A DNA stretch of 52,694 bases, the filler included, from Sphacelaria rigidula (lineage: Eukaryota): assembly GCA_964200075.2 (NCBI GenBank). It is 4 parts of 4 records of this genome, joined end to end, with 100 filler letters (N's around TTAATTAATTAA, not from the genome) between each part and the next. Parts side by side here need not be neighbours in the genome. Positions count along the whole stretch, not along the records: positions 26,406 to 39,500 come from CAXNAA020003154.1; positions 39,601 to 52,694 come from CAXNAA020003155.1; 2 more parts are not named here. One strand, given 5' to 3'. The position numbers and the translations under genes are program-made. Under the pieces are notes generated by a model, which was given only the letters and a program-made list of their open reading frames with translations, was not told the DNA's origin and searched no databases. This document shows, one piece after another, positions 39,052-49,500 of the stretch. Position 1 is the stretch's first letter, and each line of letters begins with the position of its first letter.

Positions 39052-39500
39052 TTAAGGCCCTGTTGTCGTCGTCGCTGTGCTGTTGTGAATTGCGCGTTGT
39101 CACAGGTTTGGTGATGAACAACGACCCACGCAATAATGTGACGCCATCGGTGGCAGCGAAAATTGGACGGGACCTACATCGGCGCCCCGCCCATCCCCTG
39201 TGCATTATCAAAGAGAGGTGAAAGTTGCTGATCTTCGTATCACAATATTTCTGTGTCGTTTCAGGTCGTGCAAAGGGTGGCACATCTGTCAGTGCCTGCA
39301 TTACCCCCCCACCCCGCCCTCATCGTCGCCCTGTTTCAGTTGTGTTAAAATAGGTTGCACATTGGCCGAAAACCGCCACAAATATAGTAAAAACGTTGTA
39401 TGAAAATTGCACGGTTAGGACTAATCATCACGACTCAAAATCACCAAATTCACGATTTCTTCGGCCTAATTGCCCAAAAGGAAGAAAAAAGTTGATCGTT

Positions 39501-39600
39501 NNNNNNNNNNNNNNNNNNNNNNNNNNNNNNNNNNNNNNNNNNNNTTAATTAATTAANNNNNNNNNNNNNNNNNNNNNNNNNNNNNNNNNNNNNNNNNNNN
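39501..39600. other. Artificial contig linker
   Basis: Same 100-bp structure as the first linker. Confidence 0.97.
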
Positions 39601-39760
39601 CTTCCATACATTACACAAAAACCTCTCACATATCTTATCCCCGTCCTGTTTCGCCGTCTCTGGCCACCATGTATCTCCTAGTATAGCCATCGTTTTCCCC
39701 CTACTGTCTAATGCAAACGATTTCATGCCACCTGTTGGGCACCGGGGGGAGGAAGACGAT
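39601..39760 (-). mobile_element. Probable LINE ORF2 C-terminal fragment at the contig edge
   Basis: LDSRGKTMAILGDTWWPETAKQDGDKICERFLCNVWK resembles the ILG...W C-terminus of non-LTR ORF2. This is recognition from memory, not a search result. Confidence 0.55.
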
Positions 39761-40137
39761 CTGTTAATTTTACCAAAATCTATAGACGTTGGCAAATTCA
39801 AGTTCTATCGAAGAGTATACGCGAGCAAATTGCCAGCTTCAGCTGTGCGCGTTTCGAACTTGGGGTACTACACCCAAATTTTGGGTTGATTATACGATTT
39901 CAATACTCTACCCAAATGTTTGTGTACTTAAGTATGACTTTTAAAAAACCGAGTTTTGGGCATATCTTACCCAACCGAGCCTTATTATCGACTTGTGTGT
40001 ACTTCAACCACCGCTCTCGGTTGTTCGCTCAAGTGCCCTCAAATGAAATGACACTCTATAGGCGTTGCCATGCCTGCCTAGTACTCGGTGTATATGTGGT
40101 GACGAAAGCTGAGATCAGCAGCCTAAGTTCTCGTAGG

Positions 40138-42653
40138 GAATATACACAATGGGGGTATACCTTGTGGGTTTAGGAACAAAACAAGGTAGTGCACTTTTCG
40201 GTTCGGGGCGTGGCGCTGCACGCGGGCTGAACAGCTCCAAAACACCTTCCATCGCCTCAACCCCATGCCCAAGATGCCTGGGCAACATGCCCAACTCGTA
40301 ATTTTTCTCGACGTGTGGCGTTGCGCTACACTACCAGAGCCTGTTAGAGCACCCCTTTCTGTCAACAAACTAGCAGGGTACACCCGACTCTCAGCCAAAG
40401 AGTTATGTCAACCCTTTGTTTGTTCATCTGCATACCCCTTTATGCTCATGCGCACACTCTTTTTCGTTCAGTGGCGACCCTACCGCGGGCTCCGCAGAAG
40501 ATACGCTGAACAGTCACAAGGATACCCCAATTTTGTCAAATTACACCTCGCCATAAAGACCAATACCCAACGACCTAGAACTTGTAGCGCGCTACTGGTT
40601 AACCCACAGACCCCAGAGATCCGACGATGAATGCAGGGCGCGGGGCGCGAGTGCTTGTGTGCGGTAGATCACGAAGACTCCAACATGTGTGAAGTCTTGC
40701 CGGCACACACGTGCGAAAGCCATAATGTCGCGTCACTATTAATCGAAGATCAGAGCGTGGAGGGATCTGTAGTTTTGTGGATCGGGACGAAACGTTACCG
40801 ACCGGATTGGAGGAAACGTACGAATCATATTACGCATCATCGGATGTGCTGCTGCGATCCCAGTTGATGTGCCCACGTATACCGAAAGGTGTAGACTGGC
40901 GTCCAGAATAGATGGGACGAGAACACATACACGCACCGCCGAGGAAATGTAATACAGAAAAATTTAGATTCTCGAGAGGAGCAAAGCACACTACGACACA
41001 CCCCAGAGGATCGATGCCAGTGTCCTGCACACAGGGCGTCATGCAGCAAGGCCGCATCGGCGCCAACCCTCAATCAAACCGCACACCTCGGTCCACCCTC
41101 CACAAAAAAAGAGATGACCAGGTGGCTGCTGGTACACAATATCCGCTTTGTAGAGCATCCCTAAGTGATGGCACGTCATGTATGGGTTCGAGGACGTGGA
41201 TACAGGATGAAATCGGGTTGTGATGGCACGTGGTGTCGGGACGTCTGAACAGTGCAAAGTTGACAGTATCGTTGTTCATGTATTTCGTAACTCGCTTCAC
41301 GCTGTACGCATCCTGTCCAATCTTCTGGCAAAAGCAACCCATGACGTACCGGGAATCCTTGGTCAAGGGGGATGTAAAGAGCGCCGTACACGAAGGGTGC
41401 GTTGGTAGACCTCAAATCGGCGCCCATGACGCCGGTTTTGACAAAAACAGGTACGGCGTCCTCTACAAAGCACTCGGGACTGTCAGCCCGACTACGAGCT
41501 GGGCCAGCTGGCAGTGATTTGTGATTGTTTCGGGGCCCGGCTGTGGGAAATTCGAGGAGTTCGGCGCTAAAAAATTCAAGATATTTTCATCAACACGCGC
41601 AACATTTCTCGGAATGCCTAGCAAAGAACAAACAGAAAGTTAAAGCAACTTTTAATTTCAGCAAAAACTGGGAAACTGCCACAACTTCGTTCCCATTTCA
41701 CAAGTGAATTTGGTATCTGCTGCGGGTAAAATATCGACTTACCGGTTTCTTGCGTTTTTGCGGTCTGATTTTACGACCCGATTCTTGCATTAGTATATTT
41801 CCTAGATTTTTACTCTCTAAAATCCCTTCTGATTTCGTTTTTCTGGGGATAACTACTGCGTCCCATCTATTCTGGACGCCAGTCTACACCTTTCGGTATA
41901 CGTGGGCACATCAGCTGGGATCGCAGCAGCACATCCGATGATGCGTAATATGATTCGTACGTTTCCTCCAATCCGGTCGGTAACGTTTCGTCCCGATCCA
42001 CAAAACTACAGATCCCTCCACGCTCTGATCTTCGATTAATAGTGACGCGACATTATGGCTTTCGCACGTGTGTGCCGGCAAGACTTCACACATGTTGGAG
42101 TCTTCGTGATCTACCGCACACAAGCACTCGCGCCCCGCGCCCTGCATGCATCGTCGGATCTCTGGGGTCTGTGGGTTAACCAGTAGCGCGCTACAAGTTC
42201 TAGGTCGTTGGGTATTGGTCTTTATGGCGAAGTGTAATTTGACAAAATTGGGGTATCCTTGTGACTGTTCAGCGTATCTTCTGCGGAGCCCGCGGTAGGG
42301 TCGCCACTGAACGAAAAAGAGTGTATGCACATGAGCATGAAGGGGTATGCAGATGAACAGACAAAAGGTTGACATAACTCTTTGGCTGAGAGTCGGGTGT
42401 ACCCTGCTGGTTTGTTGACAGAAAGGGGTGCTCTAACAGGCTCTCCTATTCCGCGTCGTAGTTTAGCGTAAAACCTTGTGTCGAGAAAAAAAATGAGTTG
42501 GGCATGTTGCCCAGGCATCTTGGGCGTGGGGTTGAGGCGATGGAAGGTGTTTTGGAGCTGTTCAGCCCGCGTGCAGCGCCACGCCCCGAACCGAAAAGTG
42601 CACTACCTTGTTTTGTTCCTAAACCCACAGGGTATACCCTATTGTGTGTATTC
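40138..42653. repeat. Long inverted repeat: arms 40138-40919 and 41859-42653, spacer of about 940 bp
   Basis: The arms are near-identical reverse complements. The ORF track shows the same peptides on opposite strands (40265+/40631+ versus 41911-/42222-). Confidence 0.95.
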
Positions 42654-42991
42654 TTTTTTTTCTCATGTCGAAGGCCGCTCTATCACCCGCGAGCACTTCC
42701 AAGTGCTGTTATGCTAACACACGCGGCCATTATGTCTAGCTCATGTCACAGTGAGCTAAAAATTGGCAAAAGCCCCTTTCGAGAAAAAATTGATGCCGGA
42801 TCTATCGCACTTAGCGCGTTATCTGTGGCCGGTGCATTTGTCGATGGACTGATCGATTGATTGTTGCACAGTAACATCAACATTACCTAATCCGCTACAA
42901 GTCCAGCCGTTGTCGTTAGATACAAGATGAACCTGCAGTACCCGAGGTCAATGAAGGCAAGAATATTTCCGTAATATACAAGTAGTAGCTA

Positions 42992-43322
42992 CCGCGCCCC
43001 CGTGGTCTAAATTAACACGGTACAGCTGACACCGCTAGGGTGGAAAGACCGCGGGTTCGATTCCCGCCACACACGCAGTTAGTTTTGAAGATATGGAATT
43101 CCGCCGTTGAAAGCATGAGGACATGAATAGCAAAAAGAGCTTGTTTGACTGAGTTTGTTCGGCGAGAGGCGACGCTGTACGGGAGCGCTGATGGTCATGA
43201 TCCAAATCGTCAGACCAAAATGCAAGGCGTATACCGGGGGAGAGATGGGTTGACCCCTTGAGACCACGGACTCGTCTCGAGGATGGAGTGGGGATGAAAG
43301 TGTGACGGTAAAAAGAAGAAAG
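42992..43322 (+). mobile_element. tRNA-derived SINE-like element (family 2)
   Basis: Head GTGGTCTAA...GGGTTCGATTCCCG. The 3' block GAGAGATGGGTTG.CCCCTTGAGACCA.GGACTC recurs at about 870-985 (+) and 23350-23410 (-). Confidence 0.65.
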
Positions 43323-43385
43323 AGACGGAAGGAGAGCTTGAAGGTGTTTCGCACGCGCTCCCGTCCTGCTCTGTACTCATCACAG

Positions 43386-43567
43386 GTGGAGCGGCTCACT
43401 CCGAAGCTGCTGCCCAAGACATCCTTCGGCACGCAGAGGGAGGCTGTACGCGCCAGGCTGGAGAAGGTTCTCATGAGGCAGGTACCACGAATCCCGCGGG
43501 GCAGCACCCTTCGAGTCTTCGGCTCGACTGCGAATGGCTTCGGTATGGACAACGCCGATCTAGACAT
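43386..43567 (+). CDS. Nucleotidyltransferase exon with GS and DxD catalytic motifs
   Basis: Acceptor catcacag|. LRVFGSTANGFGMDNADLD. Donor AT|GTGAGG, phase 2. Confidence 0.9.
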
Positions 43568-46500
43568 GTGAGGCGATGTGAAGAGCATCATTCGCGCGGC
43601 AGAACTGTGCAGGTAGAAGAGGAAAAAACCGGGCGTTTCGGGCGAGGGTCGTAAAACGGTATATTTTTCTCTCTATTGCTTGTGTGTAGTACAAGTGGCA
43701 CGATGAAGCTTTTTCGGCCGCTCTGCTTGCTCTTCCAGGAATTCTGCAGGATAGCTGCCACCACTGAGTTGTAGAGCGACGAGATCGCATGCTTTTTGCG
43801 ATTTTGTACGAAATGCTGAAAATTCAATGTTGAATTATTCAATCTGTAGAAAATGTGCAGCAGATGAAGGCCATACATTGATCGATTGATTGATCGATTG
43901 TCGCATAATAACTGATGATGGTAGTGATGACCGAGGAACCCAGCTGTGTTCACAAGGTAGATGTACCGGAGGTGAACAAAACGGAGACGCTTGCTAAAGA
44001 AATAGAAAGGTGAAGCGAAAAAATAGCACAGCCGAAAAGAGTTAACTGAAAAACTAAAACCGAAAGAACAAAACGAAGGAAAAAACGAATGCTTGGTAGC
44101 TGTATTCATGGGTGCCATCCTTCCCAGTGAGCTTTCCCGTGGGCATGTGTTGTAGGCCATCCTGACTTGTGAATTACTAGTGTACGTGTAACTGGAGTTT
44201 TGAAGTGACTGCTAATTGAACTGGTGAGTCGTGGTTGATGATCGTGCGAGGATAACTGTTGGGAAACGCTCCCTGTGTAGTAGTAATTCTCCCCGTCATC
44301 TGTGTCATCTCTACAGTCAAATTGGTGTTGTGCATTGTCGTACTCCAACACCCTTGAATATGCTGTGCATTTGATAATACAAACACGGCAGGTACGGTCA
44401 CAGCATGCGCAGATGACGCTCAAATCGTTTTGTTGCGGGCGAGGATCGTCAACAGTCGGTACTGTACCGTACTGTACTGCTAGAGGGGGGTATGCCCCCT
44501 CCCCTAAGGTGTACGAGCTGGGACAGCTGACAGTGATTTTGAATGTTCCCGGGCCCGGCTGCGGGTTTCGAGAAGTTGGGCGCTGAAATTTTGACATGAT
44601 ATGTTTATCATCACTACGCACAACCTTCCGGGGGATGCAGCAGAAGAAAGAAAAAATCAGAAAGTTGGAGCGATTTGAAGTTTTCTGCAAAAACTACGAA
44701 AATGTTGTAGCTCCGTGAAAAAATAAATAAGTACATGAGCATCCCTCGGGTTGTTGTGCGTACTTGTGTGCAGGAGATCCTGGTGCAATTTCGGCCAAGA
44801 ATGCCTCAAATCGAGCGCGGGAGGGCACTTTTTGTGTGACACCGCTGCGCCCCTTTAATCCAAGTGATGCAAGAAACTCCAGTTATGGAGGTCACGAGTT
44901 CGAATCCTGACGGATTTCTTTTTTGTGTTGTGTCGGTAAGGTTATACATTATCCAGTACATTTTCTCCCATTTTTTTACGTCATTCAGCGACAATGCCGT
45001 GCGCTACCAGGCTGGTCTGCAAGTCACACCGATATACTCAAGGAGGCCGGTCGCCCCGGTGGCTCAGTTGGTGTCCCCTAAAACCTCTGACGGTTGGGTC
45101 GTGGATTCGAATCGCGAAGCGATCTGGTATTTTTTCTAATACAATGCCCAACAGTGGAGAGCAATTATGTCGTGGATACACAAAATTCGACTGAATGATC
45201 GACGAGGGAAAGACGGTGCCGAACCCCTCTCGCGATAAAAAGTAAAAAAGGCGAGCACCGCAGAAGGAAGGTGAAGAGCTAAAAACAAAAAAGAAAATCT
45301 CCTGTGTTGCCTTCCTCCTCTGTGACCCCGGCTGCTGCGCCCACAGATACCGAAAGGTGTAGATCGGCGTTCAGAATTGATGGGATGACACCACACTCAA
45401 GTCGGGCTGATTTGGTAAACTTGATAAGTTATGGTGTGACATGCAAATGCGGGAATTGCTGCTGGCCCAGCTCGTAGTAGAAACGGTTCTCCGTCTCGAA
45501 AGGGATGCGTGGTCAATGGTCAAACGACTTAAGCAGGCAACAAATGACTACGCACCCCCCTCCCCCCCCAGCCATTTGAATGGCATAACGTTTGATTTGT
45601 CCCGCCGATATTTCAAAGTTTCCATCCTTCAAATAGAGGCACTGGACATGGACTAATTAAGTAATTGTATGCATGAGACTTGTGATGAGGACAAGGCTAG
45701 GGGGGAAATTTGCCTCCCTTTTGTACACCGAACATACGCCCACAGCCCCCGCATAACACAAATGTGGATACACCTAGTTAATACAGCGGTAGGGAGAGAG
45801 AGTTCGACGCAAACATACACACCCTCGCGCGCATATATAGCATGGCCGTGCCTCGACAGTTCGACATTGCTTCCCCAACACGACTGCAGCAGGCCTCGGC
45901 ATATTTTCACGTCTGTTGGGTATGTATCTACATCAAACTTCTTCGTACTCTGTACTGCTGTAGCAGTGCTGCAGTAGTGCTGCATTAGGTTTCTCTCACC
46001 GCTCGTGCTGCATTACGACGTTTGATGCGAGGTGTCGTCCCGTACACCAGCACAACAGCAGAGCCGCCGTGCACACCGCCGAAGACACAAGATCACACGA
46101 CGTATTAAGTGAAGGTAGCAGAAGAGGGCCTTATGATGGCGACATTTATGGCGCCCAGAACAGCTGGGGGTGCTTCCGTTCGTATCGGCTTCCCCCCCAA
46201 TTTTTGTTCATCAAAAAGACACGTCCGTTCGTCGGGTCATGTATATCTTCAGCTTCTTCAGTTTTTCCAGTATTGTTCTGACTAAGTAGCCACTCAAACC
46301 CACCGTTGACACGGAGAACAGATAAAAAGCTGTCTCGACGCGTTCCGAGCGGATTTCGTGTGCTGCTTGATCTGCTGTGTCGGGCAAAGCTACAGCTACG
46401 AAGGCTACTGGCCAATTGCTCAAAATGGCCGGAAAATGAACGAGAAAGCTCAGCCGGACATGGCATAAGAGTGCCTCCGAAACTCTTTTGCAAAGCGCTT

Positions 46501-49500
46501 GAGTAAAAACTTCGACCAGTTCGTGGTGCAGCTCTTGGCCGTACAGAGTGTATCACCGGGCATTGGTTCCCAGCTTCTTGCCCGTGTCCACCAGTTTTTA
46601 TTTGTTGTGCGAAGTGGATCGAGTCAACCGGTTCATCGAAAGCGTGTGCTGTTGTGAAATTCTAGACACGACTGCCAAATGAGGGTGTGGAAAAAATCCG
46701 CCGGACAACGTTCCTTGAGTGCTTCAAGCGCTATGCTAAGCTGGTGTGTGCTTGTGACAAATTGTGGTCAACGCCGTTCGTGTTGATTCGATGTTAAACA
46801 CCAACAGCTGGACTGATCTGATGCGTGAAAATAAACCATGTTTTTTAGCGCCCTTTGGTTTGGTCATGTGTATGCTGAGTTTTCGGGAAATGTTGTACCG
46901 TGTAATTTCGGCCCTTGCGGACTAGTTTCAGGCACGGTTCCGGGTTTGTGTCGAACCGGACACGGTGTATTGTGTCCCCTCCATGTGTGTTTTTTCATAT
47001 CAAGCGAAGAAAATAAACCCTTGTGGGAATGGCAATGGAAAAATGATGATTTCGACGTGCCGTTGTTTTAACAATATATGGTTGATTATTTGCAGCTTCC
47101 AAGAACCATCATTTTTGCCCCAAGGGGTGTTTTTCAGACCCGCGATCGCTTCGAACTGGCGGTGAATCGCGTAAATACTGTATCGCGCCTCAACCCATCC
47201 ACGTGTGGTGGGGAGATTTGTGTGTGTGCTTGGTCATACTACTTTGTTTTTGTGATGTGGATCAGCACCCTCGCCAAGTATTGGGCGGGTAAGACCTCCG
47301 GACTGCCCCACAACTAAACTCCGGTGGGGTGCGTCACCTCTATGAATGTATGCCGCAGTACCACACGGGACTAAATATATAGAAAGTATACCGGTGGTCC
47401 TGATTTCTGTTGTACGAAATTTAGAGGCCGTGGTGCTGGTTTTTGCTGTGTGCACAAAGTTCACCATACTTGACCCGTTGCGTCGCCTCGTTCGATAAAA
47501 CTAATCCGACCGCACAGGGGCGACATTTCTGGTGCGAGCACGACGTATGTCGGTGGATTCTTCTGTGGCCATCGCCGTAAAAATGTTTGTTGTCGGTATT
47601 TTCTTTTCCCACATTTTATTCTTTGTCGGCGCTTGAAATAATGAGGCGTCTGGACCGGGGACGGGAGGGGAGGGTTCCCGAAGGGTCAACAGGATTTTCG
47701 AGTTTCCTCATGCGGCACATTGTGATCATTGTTTCGTACCGATTGTACCGATTGCCTTCACCAAGTGCCGTTTCTTTCAGGCCAAAACTTTCACTGAACT
47801 CTGACGACGCGCATAAGCCAAAGGGTGTGTTTTTTCGCCTCTACCCAATGCCCAGCAAAAACGTACGTGTGCCACTCACGAGCGTGGATGTCCGGTGTTG
47901 GTTTAGCCAGCCCTCTTCATACTCCTCGGGGCTGTGCCTTGGAGGAACAGTCAGCGAAGAACGAGCACTATACAATGACTATTCAAAGTGCGTAGCAACC
48001 GTTACGGTTTGATTCACGAAGCTCTCCCCGTAAAAGCTGACACAAGAAAATGTTGCCGTTTGTTGCAGTTTTGCGCTTGCTTCGCGCGCTCACCTTGGTT
48101 CTGAACTGATGTGTGTGTCGTGCTTTTTCTTGCTTTTTAGGTGCATAGAGTACGTCGAGGGCGCACACCATCCCGACGATGCGGGAGCCCTGATCGAGTC
48201 CATGGCCGACAAGCTACGAAGCGCGGGCATGGTGGAGGTGCGTGCGGTGTGTCGAAGAAGTGTCGTATGGATGGCGAGACTGTGTTCACGCATCTCGATG
48301 ACCTCCCAGCCGCACAGGATGGCTCGACGATATATTCTGTATTCTCTCAGATGCTGACTCTGTACTCTCGCCATCATGCGTTGGGTCTATCCGCCTGTAA
48401 AGGATGGTTTTCGGCAGACATTGGCGCGACATTTTTTTGTTCCTGGTTTGTGATGGTACCTTGTCATTGTGTGATCTGTGGGTGTGCGCGCAGGTAGACA
48501 GCAGGCCGACGGCGCGCATCCCGATCGTCGTTTTTAAGGATGGCGGCTCTGGGCTAGATTGCGACATCTCCGTCATGAACCCCTTGGCCGTCCGCAACAC
48601 CCATCTGCTGAAGGTACCCCCATGTTGCCGACACCCCGAGCGTGTTGTGGTTCGCTCGTTGTCTGTAGCCCATGCTGCTTGTACTGATATTTTCGTGGCA
48701 CTCAGGGTTGCTGTTGTTCGAGCCTGTAGCGTTTCTCGCAGCGATAGGGTGTCTAAGCAAGTTACGCATGTCATTATTTCAACGTGAACTCGAATGCCCC
48801 GGAGCTCGCCAAGTATGCGTCATGTGTTCAGCGCGCACCTTTTTCAGGCGGTGACGGTGTATCTCACCTAGCACTGCCGTGCCCCAGCGCCCGATGTGTT
48901 CTTGGGGTGTTGCTGTATTTCTCCGCCAAAGATGGTTTGCCCTTGTCAATCTCGGCTTGGCTCTACTTTTTCTTCGTCTTGTGTCGCGCTATGCAACGAA
49001 GGTCCGTGCTTGGTGTCCGAGTTTTCCAAGGGCAGGTCGGGTAGGGTATTTTTGAAGAGCCATGCTGTTAGTACCCAAACATCTGATTAGAGGATTGAGG
49101 TCATGCCCAAGTGATACTCCATATATACTCCGGTTTTGCTGAGACTGCTTACCCAATATTTGGGTAGAATATTGAGGTCATACCCAAGTTGTACTCCATA
49201 TATACTCTGGTTTTGCTGAGACTGCTTACCCAATATTTGGGTAGAATATTGAGGTCATGCCAGTGATACGCGATACCCCAAGAGGCTGCTGCGTCGAGGG
49301 CCGCCGATCGGAGAATCCTGTCTGCTCATATCCATCGTCAATTATGCCCTTAGTCGGTGGCTCTGCACTTCCCAGTGGTGTATGTCAGTATCTACTCTGC
49401 TGCGGACTTTTTACTTCTTTTTTTTTTCTCTATTTTGATCGGCCGTTTCTTTCTGTGTTTCGCTTTTGTTAAAGTTCATTTTTTTTTCACGTCTCAGTCT

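Noticed and set aside
45046..45120. Possible tRNA genes here and at about 34680-34754, 42992-43067 and 44847-44910
   Set aside because: A/B boxes are present, but I could not fold a full cloverleaf, and each is part of a repeated mobile element.
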